Source: Schizochytrium sp. TIO01
Lineage: Eukaryota > Protista > Bigyra: Labyrinthulomycetes
Length of the DNA stretch: 64,000 nt
Assembly (NCBI GenBank): GCA_004764695.1
Contig: SMSO01000031.1
Span: forward strand, 6,802,761-6,866,760
Reading direction: 5' to 3'
Position 1 is the first letter of the stretch. Each line of letters opens with the position of its first letter. Below, piece after piece: positions 23,282-36,124 of the stretch. The notes beneath the pieces are model-generated. The model was given only the letters and a program-made list of their open reading frames with translations. It searched no databases and was not told the origin of the DNA. The translations under genes were made by a program, and so were the position numbers.

Positions 23282-23869
23282 ATGATCATGGGCGACGCTG
23301 CTGCGAAAGATGCCAAGGAGCGCCTGTACGCTCGGCTTAAGTGGCCTAGCGTGCTGTTTGGCTTGACCGTGGGTTTGTACGCTGCGCTGTTGAACGGGTC
23401 TTGGATCTGGTTTAGCTGGCACCCGTTTTTGATGTCGATCGTGTGCCTTACCATGGCAACTTTAGGCACCTTGCTTAAGAAAATCGGCGGTCTCGAGAAC
23501 ACGCGCTGGCACGCCAAGATCCTCACTGCTGGTGCTGCGATGCTGTGGTTTGCCTTTTACGTCATTTACACGAACAAGGAGATGATGGGCAAACCGCACT
23601 TCATGACTCTGCACGCCAAGATTGGTCTCGTTGTGCTGGCTGGATTCACCTTTGCCATTCCCGGCCTGAATGCTACGATCCACCCTGACTTTGGCAAGGC
23701 CAAGACCAACCAAACTGTGCGCTTCATGCATCGCTGGTCGGGCCGCTTTCTCATTGGCATGAGTTGGCTTGCCTGCTTTACTGGTTTCATTACCATGGAA
23801 TCGAACATCTGGCTCCAAGCCATGGTGGCCCTACCGCTCATGTTCTGTGTGCCTCTTGTTCTCTTTTAA
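23282..23869 (+). CDS. Cytochrome b561 domain protein (transmembrane electron transfer / ferric reductase-like)
   Basis: Several TM helices with four conserved haem-ligand His: FSWHPFLM, RWHAKIL, HFMTLHAKIG, MHRWSGR. Confidence 0.9.
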   Translation: MIMGDAAAKDAKERLYARLKWPSVLFGLTVGLYAALLNGSWIWFSWHPFLMSIVCLTMATLGTLLKKIGGLENTRWHAKILTAGAAMLWFAFYVIYTNKEMMGKPHFMTLHAKIGLVVLAGFTFAIPGLNATIHPDFGKAKTNQTVRFMHRWSGRFLIGMSWLACFTGFITMESNIWLQAMVALPLMFCVPLVLF

Positions 23870-25165
23870 ACATCGTAAGTCAGCGCCGGCATTCAACCAA
23901 AGATACTAAAGTATTGTGAGTTGATTCCCGGAGTTGCTTGTTCATGTGCAGGCTGTGCAGAGGACAATGCATGCAAAGTCAAGTCAGGTCAGTTTTCACA
24001 ATCTAATTCCGGAATGACATCCGTCTCTATAGCATTACTAGTACCACCACTACCGCTATTGGTACCCATACTGCTAGTACTAGTACTCCATCAATAGTAT
24101 GACTACTACTAGTAGTAAGTCTAGCAAGGCGCAGTACTATCTTTTTTTCACGCCTTCTTTTCTGTTGTACAAGTAGGTTATCTGATCCACAATGAAAAGT
24201 AACAGTGTTGATATTTACATCATGATGATGGCGATGCCAACAATGAAAATGAGAGAAGACACTAATGGCACTGTGGTGCGTTGCGTACACTAGACCTGTT
24301 CGAGTGTCAATTCGTGAAGCAGAAAAAGAAACTATCAAACTATCAGAAATCAAAACAAACACATACATGAAACATACATTCAAGGCTCCCGGTTTTTCAA
24401 GACAGAAAGTGCTAACAAGCAAGCACTAGTTTAGATGTTGAGAGCGTGCGTGTTACGTGAGGCCACTATTGCCAAGCAAGACACGAAGTAATGTAGCCGG
24501 TGGAAGTCTATTTAATCTGATCACAACGAAAACGAAATGAGACAGGTAGGTTAGATAGACAATCAAATCATTTTTTACGAAGGGTTTGTTATATATAGTA
24601 AATCAAAAACGCATGGAAACAATCAGTGAAGGGGGGGGGGGGAGGCGGGGATAAAAACACACAATGGCAATGGAAACAAATAAGACATGGGAAAACCTGG
24701 GCTGCATGCACACAGTGGGTGTGGTGCGAAGAGTAGTTAAGGAATGGTACAATTAAAGCATCTAGTTTGATGCGTGTGAGCACTTTAGATTGCGCAGCGA
24801 TCAACAGCAGGGATTAGCGTGCAATGCCGAGGCAGGTCACAGACCCGCGACGGTATCACCATTTCCCTATGTAGATCTTTTTTGCTGCAACAAGGTCAAT
24901 GCGCACATCCCGGTGTACAAATCAAGTTTATTTCCCAATGTGGCGAAAGACATAGGTAGGCAAGCAGTGTGGGTGCGGTAGATGAGGAGAGGCTAGAGAG
25001 AACATCCTGTCCCGTCCATAAGGTTGGGTTGGTCCTACATATTCAAAGTGCAAAGTGCAAATAGATCATGCGATGTAGCTCCGTCTCTCCTCAAGTAGTT
25101 TATAAAAATGCATGTAGCTCGATCAATCGAGAAAAGTGTAACGCGAAGTACTCGGCGGTCGGTAC

Positions 25166-26851
25166 TCAGCGCAAGAGGTTCAGTCCACGCTTGTGGCAGC
25201 GCTGCTGCTGTGCAGGGCTGTCCGAGCGTTGAACAGCAGCTGCGCCCATAGCCCTCATGTACGGCGGTGGAGTTCCCGACCCAAGGGCACTCGTGCGCAT
25301 AGTAGGGGGTTTCAAAGGACGAAGCATGCCTGATCCCATCGGTGCCGAGAGTCTTCGGCGTTTGCAAAGCGCCCTCGGTGGCGAAGGAATATGATCCTTT
25401 GAGTTGCTGTTTACTGTAGAGGCTGGAATATTGCTGTCGCTACAGATTGGGGAGAATTCAAGTGGGAGTTTCTTGCTCACTGTCTCCTGTTCTTTTCCGA
25501 AAGTGGTTTCATTTACAGGGACAACGGGGGCATCCACCGGCAGCTCAAACTCGCGTCCGATGTCTCTTTTCGCGAGCGGGTCTCTTGCATGCTGCTCAAT
25601 GATGGAGTGTTTGCCTCTGACTGTGTCAAGAATACGCAAGACCTGCATTCTCTGCGGGAATGTCTGTGGTGATTGAACCTGAAGCGGGCACGCTCTGCAA
25701 TCATGGTAGAGCTGCGTCCGCTTCAGAGCCTCTGCCTTTGAAATCTTGTATAGCATGCCAAGAATCACTGCTACAAGAGTTCCGGTGCGTCCATGACCTC
25801 CCCAGCAGTGCAAGTACACAACCTCTCCAGCAACCAGTCTCCAGCAGAGTGCCTCGGCAAGAACACGAACAACTTCATCTCCGGTCACCTTACAATCCAC
25901 AATGGGAAGGTGTAGGAATGCTAATTTGTTCGGGCTGCAAAACGCTTTCTCTCCCTCTCCAACTTGCTGTTGCACAGACGCCTTCTTTGACATCGCTGCC
26001 TGGTTCTCGCAGCATAGTCTGTAGGCGTCGCGGATGTAGGGTCTGATGGGGGAGTCCGAGCGCGCAAAATGGTCATATTCAGCCTGGAGGCACACAAAGG
26101 TTGTCACACCACAGCTCAGGATGGAGCTGAGAAGCTTCTCGTGGGCCTCCTGATCTGCCTCAGCAGGATAGGCGCCGACAAGAAGACGACCGGGGAGAAC
26201 CCAGTTTGACTCGTCTGAGGGACCAGCGTAGGACTTGCGATCGCGGCTCACAGAAGGGAAATCCGGTAAACGCGATGGCAAAGCGGAGCTAAAATCCAAG
26301 AGAGCTTCAATGCCGATCTCATCCTCAACAGAGAGAGCACCGCTGCAACGTGGTTTCTGCTGCGAGTCATCGGGAGACAGAGGCGGTGCAGGGCGGCCCA
26401 AGCCGAAGACGGTGCGAACGTGACCATCGCTGCCTGCACAGCCTTCAGAAATGGGGCCCGGTTCAGGAGAACAGGGCTGTTCGTGGGCCGCGACGTCACC
26501 AAGAATGAAGAGTTGGTTAACGTCCTCGTCCACGCATCGTTTGCTGTTGTCGTCATGATCGTGACTGTTGTTGGATTTGCAGTCATCTTCATCATCTTCA
26601 TCCTCTTCGATGAGACTGCTGTCATCACTGCTGTTGCCGTCTTCATCGTCAAATTCTGCGGAGGATTCATGGAAGCTCTCGAGACTGGTAGTCCTCGAGA
26701 AGGCTGATAATTCCTTACGCAGAGGTGTTGTGGCAGGGCTACTACGAGTAGCCCATGTGTTCTCAGTGTTTGTTGACCGCGGTGTCTCGGGAAGGGTCTC
26801 GATAGAGACGCTGCGCGCGAGGTGCGGAAGGTCTCCTGCTCCACCGCCCAT
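25166..26851 (-). CDS. Cys-based protein tyrosine / dual-specificity phosphatase
   Basis: P-loop VYLHCWGGHGRTG (HCx5R), SNWVLPGRLLVGAYP, acid loop LPIVD and Q-loop PQTFPQRMQV. Disordered N- and C-termini. Confidence 0.92.
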   Translation of the reverse strand: MGGGAGDLPHLARSVSIETLPETPRSTNTENTWATRSSPATTPLRKELSAFSRTTSLESFHESSAEFDDEDGNSSDDSSLIEEDEDDEDDCKSNNSHDHDDNSKRCVDEDVNQLFILGDVAAHEQPCSPEPGPISEGCAGSDGHVRTVFGLGRPAPPLSPDDSQQKPRCSGALSVEDEIGIEALLDFSSALPSRLPDFPSVSRDRKSYAGPSDESNWVLPGRLLVGAYPAEADQEAHEKLLSSILSCGVTTFVCLQAEYDHFARSDSPIRPYIRDAYRLCCENQAAMSKKASVQQQVGEGEKAFCSPNKLAFLHLPIVDCKVTGDEVVRVLAEALCWRLVAGEVVYLHCWGGHGRTGTLVAVILGMLYKISKAEALKRTQLYHDCRACPLQVQSPQTFPQRMQVLRILDTVRGKHSIIEQHARDPLAKRDIGREFELPVDAPVVPVNETTFGKEQETVSKKLPLEFSPICSDSNIPASTVNSNSKDHIPSPPRALCKRRRLSAPMGSGMLRPLKPPTMRTSALGSGTPPPYMRAMGAAAVQRSDSPAQQQRCHKRGLNLLR

Positions 26852-27739
26852 TTTGAATCAACCTGCTGCTCAGCGGTCTGTGTTTGTTTGTGTGCGTATA
26901 TATATATAACTTAGAAAGAAGGTGTCGTCGGTCGGCCCTCCTTACAGGGAAGCCTCACCAGCCAGCAGCAAATGGATGGAACGGAGTTGGAACGGGCGTG
27001 GAACACCGAGGCGAGAAATAAAAAGAATTTTAAAAGGAGGGAAACAAGAAGAAGAAGAAGAAAAAAAAAAGAGTGCGAAGAAAAGCAAAGGTCAAGCGGA
27101 AAGAGGGACGCGAAGAGGCCACTCGCGCGCTCCTCGTGTTACCCACGCGGGCCCGGGCTTTAGCTCCTCTGTCTCTGCTGCGGCTGGAGGCCGTCTGCAG
27201 ACTTCTGAGAAGAGGGCAGGTTGAAGGCTCGGCCCGCTCGGTGTCAGTCGCTCTAACAAACAGTAAACAATCAGTCGCTCAATCAATCAATCGTTCGATC
27301 GATTGATTGTTTGTTCGATTGATTGACTGATTGATTGATTGATTCGTCGATTCGACTGAGCGGACTGCGAAAGCGGTCTGTGCGCGGCGGCGCGGTCCGC
27401 GGGGAGGGAGGCGGGCGGGGCGGGGCCCGGTGAAGAAGACCGCTCGGGACCCGGGGGCTGCTCGCTCGCTCGCTCGCGGTCTCTCGGCGGCAGCGCGAGC
27501 CTGTCTCTCTGTTTCTCGCTGTTTTCTCTCGTTGTTTGTTTCTCCGTTGTTATCGTTGCTGTTTGAGAGTTTGAGTGTTTGTTTGTTTGCGGTCTGTTGA
27601 GGCGCCAAAACCGGTTTGCGGAGGGTTTTGTTTTCCGCTCTTTCTTTCTCTCTTTTCCGCTCTTTTCTGTTGGACTTTCTCAAACAAAAAGAAAAGGAAA
27701 GGAAGGAGGGCGGATGTTTTTGTTTGTGTGATTGTTTGT

Positions 27740-27791
27740 TTCACTTGCGCAGCAGGAATACTTCACTTGCGGAGCGGAATACTTCACTTGC
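27740..27791. promoter_or_regulatory. Three tandem copies of TTCACTTGC (E-box core CACTTG) with 21-22 bp period
   Basis: Copies at 27740, 27762 and 27783; the last two share GGAATACTTCACTTGC. Lies in the GC-rich region upstream of the phosphatase. Regulatory role is inferred. Confidence 0.35.
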
Positions 27792-30700
27792 AGGGCAGGC
27801 GCCACAGTAGGGCAAAAGGCGGGCGAAGTAGAGAGAGAGTGATTGGAGAGGGAGAAAAGAGCTTTGAAAGAAGAGAGTGAAAGAATGAATGAATGAACGA
27901 TCGATCGATCGATCGATCGTGAGACGCTCGCTTGGTTGCTTGCTCGCGCGACGGAGAGGCCGCGGCAGCGAGGGCGGAGGGGGCGCGGGCAGCGGCGGGC
28001 AGGGCCAGGGGAGGAGGCGGAGGAGGCGCGGGGAGAGCAGGCGGCGGCGGCGCGAGCTGGAGCGGCGCAGGAGAAGGAGCGGCGGCGAGGAAAGAAAGCG
28101 AGCGACGGGGCGTCCGTCTTTCCACTCACTCTCTGTTCGATCAATGATGTTTTGTTGATTGTCGCTCATATCAACTTTTTTATTTTTTATTTTTTATTTT
28201 TTATTTTATTTTATTTTATTTTTTCCTGTTTCTTTTATTTTTTTCTGTTTCTTTGTTTGTAATGAAAGTAAGAATATGTTGAGTGGAGTGCTTATTAGTA
28301 ATGGATAAATTGTTTGAGACTAAATGAAAAACAGAAGTTAACTTTCAAAAGCTGTTGTTTTCTCCTTCTTTGAAACGCGAAAGAGAAAGTCGAAGTTGAG
28401 ATGCGTTCTGTGCTCCTCACAAAGAGGAGTCTTCTTTCTGTTCTTTCTTCTGTTTTCGAAGAAATAAGAAAAGAGAGAGAAATCGCTTTGTTGGTAAAAC
28501 TCTGTACTGTTCCTTGTACGCCGTAGGGTTGAGTGTGTGCAGGTATAGCCTATTTCAAATCGTATTTCTCTTTGTTTTACTCTATTGTATTCTGCTGTAT
28601 TCTACTGTAGACTATTCCATTCTACTCTATTCTATTCTATCCTGTTTGTTTTATTCTATTGTATACAATCCTACTGCTTTTCTTTTCAGGTTTAAAGCAA
28701 GAAAGGGCGCTGCCGTAGCCATGGCTAGTGGCCGCATAGGGCGGCTGTTTTCTATTTTCGATCCTTCTTTCTCATACTTCTGCCACTCAAAGGGAGAACG
28801 AAAGTAGACGTGTTGAATCAATCACGAGCAAAGACCATCCATCTCTGCTTGTCCAATGATCAGTAACTAACTATTCATCCAAAACAAAAGCAGTAGGCCA
28901 TAACTGCATGGCTGACTCTACTTATTATCAGTCAAACACCATTCATTGTCTGCGATATGCTATGCTGTTCATTGTTCTGCGTGGCAAGCAAGCATGAAGC
29001 AAGAATAAGAGGCGCTGTGAAGTATCGTTAGGCGGCTCAAAATTGATTCATTCATGCCTCATGGATTGACTGCTGCTGATTAGGAGAGGGAAAGAGAAAG
29101 AGAGAGAGAGAGACTCTTTCTGCTCTCTCTTTATTAAGGCTGAGGCAGACAGTAAAGCGGGAAAGAAAGAAAGAAAGAAAGAGAGAAAGAAAGAAAGAAA
29201 GAACGAGGGTTGCAGAGCGAAAAGTTGGGGCGAAGCAAGTGAGGGAAGACGGCTGCACCCCTCACATCCGCTTGTGAGGGCGCTCACGAAGTACCCACGA
29301 AAGGCTGCTGCGCAAGAGAGGGGCGCCACTGGGAAACTTGCACGGGGAAGGCCTGTGAGAGCGATGAAAAGGCCCCTCACGAACACACTGAGGAAACTGA
29401 GAGGGAGAGGGGAGGGGGCGAAAGAGAATCACCATAAAACCATCAGATTGATTGAACCAAAGTCTTGTGTTGTTTTCCCCTTCCCCACCATAATGAACAA
29501 TAATCACCAAATATCAGTCAGCATCAATTTGTTCTTGATTGATTAATTACGTTTATTTTTAATTTGGAAAATCAATAATCCACCCCGAGCCACCAATGGA
29601 TACGTGGTAGAATTTAAAATAAAAATTAAATTAAAAAAAAATGTTTTTCTGTTGAAAACTAATTACTTCTACAATGTACATCGTAATATACAAGCAAGGT
29701 AGGCATTCTGATTTTAAAAGCTACTTTCATATCATATACACTATACTCATTTATTTTTTCTTTTACATAGTACTTTCCATCGAATAATAGTTCAAAGAAG
29801 AAAACCAAGTTGACTATTCATTATTCTATGGATTAATAATAGAGCGTAAGTACTCCTACTGCCGCTCCCCTCCAGCAATAGGAAAAGGAAACACGAGTGA
29901 ATGATGAGGTGAAAAGGTAGAATTTCTAAACGCAAACTGAGGCCTGCTCTGGAAGGACCGCCGGCCTCTGCTCCGCTCCCCGCTGCCACGAAGCTCGCGG
30001 CAGAAATCAGCCCTCTGCGGCGTATCACCCGAGGCACCACTGCGCTTTCCGCACCACCTCCTCCAAGACAGACAGGTTGCATCTCGAGACAGACAGGCGG
30101 CAAGTGGCGGCAGTCGCCTCGGCGTCGGCATCTCGCTGCTCTTACCACAACGCCCCCCGTGCCCTCTACTGCTACCGTGCGTAAAGTTGCATACCTGCGC
30201 ACCTGTTCAAAATAGGGGGTACCCTGGGAGTCATCAGGAGCTGGCCTGGTGGGCTGATAGCCATAGTCCACCACTAGGAAGAAGCCTAAGGGTAGGTGGA
30301 TGAGTGACCGCCTCCATAGTATCGTTAGACAGCCCTCCTTTTCCTCCTTTCCTTCTCTCTTCTGAGTAAACGTTCTCGCGATGGCTTGGCGAAAGAGAAC
30401 GAACGGAACAGAGAGAGAGAGAGAGAGAACGAACGGAACGGCGGAGGCCCCAAAGAAAGGGCTCCAGGCAGGCCAGCGGCGCGACCGTGGCGCCGAAGAT
30501 GGTGCGCGATGCGCCTCGAGCCGAGCGCTTGGGTCTGAAAGGCAAGCTTCGGAGCAGCCACGGGCGGCCTCTGAGGAGGCGACGCGGCTGCCTCGAGCCT
30601 CAGCGCCACAGCCGAAGCGGAGGCCTGAAACCTCGAAGTCGATCTGACCGCTGGCCAGCCAGCTAGCTAGCCAGGCGCCTAGCAGTTGGCTAGGCATTCA

Positions 30701-33700
30701 TTAAGTAGAAACTGTATTGCGCATTAGCAGGCGATCGCAGTCCTAGAATGAGGCTAGGGAGTGCTATGGTAGTAGCACTAACTAGGAAAGGACTAGGGTG
30801 CGGAGCCTGGCGAAGAATGAGAAATGCATAGATTAGAATGGATCGATTGATGGTTTGTGGAGACCTGAGGCTTCTTCAGAGGGCATAGGGCTGAGGCCTC
30901 TGCGTTCGTTGGTGCAGGAGGGCGACAAGAAGGACGACCTTCGTCCGCTCCAGCGCATGGCGTCTCATGATGCTCCTGTGCGGAGACTCCTCGTAATCGC
31001 GCTGTATGTATGTGCAAAGTCTGTTGGTATCCCTAGAAAGTGCGAAAGATCTCATAGAGATCATCGATCTATTTGCGCGCTTTCTCGCTTTTTTGCTCTT
31101 TTTGGTTTTTTGAATTAACTTTAGGCTATATAGTGCGATTTTAAAAAACAGAGGGGCTCCTGGATACCGCAGACGGGGCAGTGCGGGGACATCTGTGATG
31201 GGTGCTGGGGGGTATTAAAAGCAGAAAGGCGAGGTATTTAAGGTGTTTCTACTGCATGGTTCAACATGCCCCGCGCTGCGGAAAAGCATACACTACTCCC
31301 CAGGTATCATGCTATGGGAACAGGGTTGTACCCTGACCCCCTTTGAACAAATGAATCCATGATAAGTCCTATGATTGATTCCATGGAGGGGTCATTAAAG
31401 GAAGGTAGCTTTGGCAAAGATCGAGTGCTTCACACTTCCTAATGAGTATTCCAAGCGCGGTCTCAATCTTATTGTCGTCTGTCTATAGTTTTTGCCTATG
31501 AGAATCTATAGAACTGGCAGTGGTAGCTTATTAACATAACGACTGCTAGCCGTTTTCCTAGTGCTCTTCATTCGTTTGTTGCTCGAGTATTGGTTTTTTT
31601 TTTAACTTATAAAGCGACAACACCATCTTCAAAGAACCGCATGAAAACGCCTTCGTGGAGATTCATGATGATACGATAATCAAAATAGAATATAAACTTA
31701 TGAGTGATCAATCGTGGGTGATCGACCGTGGGTCGAACTTCATATGGATTTCGTGTCTAAGCGAAGGGGTAGCGAGGTAACCGACCATTGATTTGGCTTT
31801 AGTTTTAGCTGTGCCCGTGCTAAAGCTTGTTATTAGTAAGTGTCAGCCACTGCATCTTGCAACGGCAGCTCCGGTTAGATCGCCAACAGTTGAAGCAATC
31901 TTACTTCTGCGACATACTTATTCACTTGTTCACTTATTCACTTACGCACAGAGCGAATGCTAAGTAACGTGACTTGAACAAGGATTGGGCCGAGTATTCT
32001 ATGAAAAGAAGCAGCTCTGAGTCGAACGAAAACTATAAGCTATACCTCATTGGACAGGAAAGGTATAGCATAATTAAAAGTGCCGGCATTATGGGTTTCG
32101 CTGGCTCAGCTGACGTAAGATTGCGAAAGAAAAGTTACCGTTAAACTTTGGGGTAATGCACCGGCTGCTTATTATTTATTACCTAGGGTAGGTTCGGTAA
32201 AATGTTTGCTTGCATCGATTGCTTTCTGGACGACTTGAAGCTCTTGAGTGTGCGCAGAGCGTGAGGCCAATCTTGTGTCTTTGGGTCATCATGAGGAATC
32301 AACCCATCGGTTTGAGCGAGATCATTGCATTGTTCTCTTCTTGCTGCTGTCGTGGAATTGGTTAGATAATTCTATTTAATTAGTTCGCAACATCATGTAT
32401 GATCCAGCGGGCATCCTCGTACTTAGGACCTGAAGCCGAGATGAAAGCAGCCAGACAAAACGGATGCGACTGCTACCAGTGTGAGGTTCAATTCGTTGGC
32501 AATCGTGTAAAGACCTCCTCTGACCACCGCCACAACCGCTTGGCGTTCACAATGGGAAGCTTGTCTCAGTGTTTGCTGGCTACTACTTCCGCTGCTAAAG
32601 CCGTCTTCTTACAGGAGTAGCGAAGAGCGCACTTTTTCTTCTTCTTCTTCTTCTTGTTCTTCTTCTTCGCTGCCAAGCTGGCCAGCATAAGTGCTCCAGG
32701 TTATCCCACTTTGACTTTTGTCTTTTATCCTTATTGTCTCTTATTTGTTCTTGTGTTTTGGAAAATACACTCGCAGGCAAGGCCTGCGTCTTGCTTTTGA
32801 GGGCCCCTGCTGGAGGTTCACGGCAAAATTGAACTTCTTTTGCTTTTTTATTTTATTTTTTTTTATCAGCAGAGGCAGCGAAAGAGACAGCGCAGCACTC
32901 GACACTAGGGCACACAATAGGCGACATCCAGCGAGCGAGCCGTTACAGTGTGCAGCAACTCTATGGGGACAGTCTGGCGCCCAAAAATTGGTAATGTGAT
33001 GATGATGGAAGGCAAGGATCCATGACTGCAAATCGTAGCCCCTGGGAGCATCCGAAGGAGAACTAGCCAGGGCACATAATCGCCGCAAATATGGGTTATC
33101 AATCTCCTCTCACAGAAAGAATAACCGAATATTGATTGATCTTGTTTAGCTTGAAATAGCATAGGCAGTCGAAAGTATAAAGCGTATTTTCATGATCATT
33201 TTGAGTGGCAACTCGGTTCATGCTGTGAAATGGCCACCTTTCAACTGGCAGGAAGTTTCAGGCGAAGCCCACTTTTCATTTAACTGCTCCAGTGCGAAGG
33301 AACAAACCTTATAAATATGTATCGCAGATACTACATTGATTGGTAACATTACTTGATTATATTGATGAGCGCCTAACTTGGGCGTAAATAACCATATCCT
33401 TTCATCATTATCAGTCTTATATTCAGACGGCAATTTTTGAAATTGTCGAAGTCAAACAAACGGAATAAGCGGTTGTAATATTTAATCGACTCCAAACAAT
33501 GCCTCCGTCGTAAGGTAAGCTGAAGTTATCTACCAAAACTCACCCCTTTTCCACAAAAGAAATACTCCACAAACACTGTAACAATGAATTTGATAATTCA
33601 CTAACAAATACTAAGATCTGAAAAACTGATATGAATTATAGTGGGCACACGTCTGAACGTAATGATGCTTATAGTACGACAATTCAAAATGTACATCTCT

Positions 33701-33854
33701 TGGTAAAGCTTGCTTTCCCCAAATTTCTGTCGCTTGCACCCCCAGATACAAGAACTATATTCTACTGACCAAAGCTTTCGTCAATTCTGAAATTGGGTCC
33801 TCTAAAGATCATGCGAGCAATCAAATTAGTTTAGCTGGCCCTGAGCGTATATAG

Positions 33855-34665
33855 CTCATAGTAGTGCATATCTGCTTCGACGACATGTTGATGTTCAACT
33901 CTGACTCTCGTCTCAAGGCTAAGAAGTTCATTGATCGATATCAAGCTGGCTTGCGCAAAACACTGATAGGTTCGTTTAGGTGGAGTTCGCTCATTGTCTA
34001 ATTCTCTGATGTTGTAGGAAGGCACGAGTACTCAGTACTGGAACCATGTGCTACGTACATTTTGCAAACTAAGCAACTCTGTAGATATAAGTGCTGATGC
34101 TCTAGCTACCAAACACTGTCGTCCAAGTCGCTACCCATTTGCGCCTATAGAACCTAGCTCTGTCGTTCGCAACAAAGATCATGATTCCAAAATGCCCAAT
34201 CATACTTTTAATCAAAATAACGCAGCACTAAGTCTCACTCTATGATCTGTCCATCTCATGCCCAGCCTCGAGGTTAAAGACCTGCACCTTGGCATTCCAG
34301 CCGCCCTAAATGGGCACATGAAAGCCCAAATCTATCAAGAAATGCGCGACGCTTCGGATCTGTGATGGATTATAATAGATAGGGTACACAATACCACCGG
34401 CAGTAACTCTTAGGCATCGATGTATAGACTCACGTATCTCTTCTTCACTTTACAAAAGTTGACTCCGTTTGATTAGACGAAATATCCAGGATACATGGAA
34501 TCTGTCGTGAAACTCGGAGCAGTTGACCCCGCCAAGATTCCTGTGCCAGCTCCTCAAGGCAGGTCCTCCACGGAGGCCAACTGTCTATTTTGCACATCAT
34601 GCACTCGGCGGGACTGCTCGAGGCAGTAGATTTCCAACTTGAAGTCCAAGCTCCGCGTCAAAGAG
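33855..34665 (+). mobile_element. Possible highly decayed Ty1/copia pol (RT/RNase H) relic
   Basis: LIVVHICFDDMLMFNSD resembles the copia YVDD(M/L)L block. ESVVKLGAVDPAKIP...STEAN...ISNLKSKLRV resembles the end of copia RNase H. Many stops; no LTRs found. Confidence 0.3.
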
Positions 34666-35179
34666 GCACGTGCTGATTCAGAGGCGCCCTTCAACGATTC
34701 TTTCGATACAGTCAGTCACTCAGTTCTCTTTCATAACTATTCCTTCCTATGATAAATTTCAATTAACAGACAGTAAACTCTGATTGATTAAAATTAACAA
34801 TCTATGCACAACAACACCTCATGAAGCTTGACTCCTTCGCTATACCCTGCTGGGGCTTCGTGAAGTGACCAAACGGTGCAGTAGAGCCACACTCGCCAGC
34901 CCAGTCGGCAATATCCGAGACCTCCTTGAGTTAAAATGCCGCAGCGCAATATCCAGAGGGCCATGAAAAGAAAGAGAAAGAACTCGGGAACGGTAGGCCG
35001 GAAACCTGTGTCCGCCCCCGTCGCTCCGTTGGCCTTATTCTTCTATCTTTCTCTTCTTCTTTTCTTTTCTAATTAGGTGTTATCGTGACGACATTTGGCG
35101 TTGAGGCCGTAGGACTGACTAGCGGGCGCCTATGCGAAGCACATCAATTCTATGATGGATAAGTGCTTTTGATTGGCGT

Positions 35180-35243
35180 TATTTGTTTGTTTGTTTGTTT
35201 GTTTGTTTGTTTGTTTGCTTTGTTTGTTTGTTTATTTGTTTGT
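35180..35243. repeat. (TTTG)n microsatellite
   Basis: Visible simple repeat. Confidence 0.85.
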
Positions 35244-36124
35244 TAAGTTGTTGATTTATTGTTATTGATTGAAGAAGGCGACTGAATTCGCTAACAAGTT
35301 GAACTCGCGACTCTGAAATGATCGGTGCACGGACTTGAACAAGTGCCAAGGAAGTAAGTAAGTTAGTTAGTTGGCTCTTCTTTCTTTGTTCCACAATGAA
35401 AGTTATCGATGGAGGTTATCGACGGACTTGAAGAAGTCCAAATTGCGTGTGCATGAATGCATTCATTCATTCATTCATTCATTCATTCATTTCATGCTTC
35501 AGAGTCATTGAGCGATTGGGTGGGTGCTTGAGCGATTGAGCGATGACAAAGTCCTCAAGTTTGTTTGCTGCATGATGATGTTATCGTGGATGACCAGAAT
35601 CGTGCTTGGTCTTGGTTTGCTTTGGTTGTTTGCTTTGGTTTGCTTCGGTTTGTTTTGGTTTGCTTTTTTGGCATTTGCCACGGAGATGGAGAATGATGGA
35701 TGAAGCAGCTCAGGCATTTTGAGGAGTGCTGGGATCGACCCTACTGAAGTTGGACTTAGAAAATGCAACTTGAGGCTGCTCTGATTGCGAATTGAGGTTT
35801 TTTCTGGCCAGTTGAAGGTACCTTCCTCGTGGCGGGAGAAGATGTGGAAAAACCGTCCTTGAAGTGCCAAAGGCAGACAGACTTACAATGGGAATATGGT
35901 TTTTGTGAGGTTCTGTGTTCCAACGAGTTCATGGAAGAGAATACGTACTAACTACAGAGACACACAGAGCAGTAGCGATAGTGGTAGAAGTACATAGGTA
36001 CTTACTAAGTTCATACCTACAGCGCATGAAACATTCCTTTTGTTAATGCGACTCTCCGAAAGGTCCAAGACTTGCTTGCAGCAGCAAAGCAGAACCATTT
36101 GGACTCGTCCTCGACTTGGAGACG

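Noticed and set aside
27740-27791. CRISPR-like or U1 snRNA-like repeats
   Set aside because: Units are too short, spacers are only a few bases, there are no cas genes, and there is no U1 structure beyond ATACTT.
26920-28270. Numerous overlapping 60-150 aa ORFs
   Set aside because: GC-rich and low-complexity promoter/UTR sequence that is open in many frames by chance.
29792-30697. 301-aa minus-strand ORF
   Set aside because: Runs through GA and GCTA simple repeats, has GC-driven composition and no recognisable domain; not called as a CDS.
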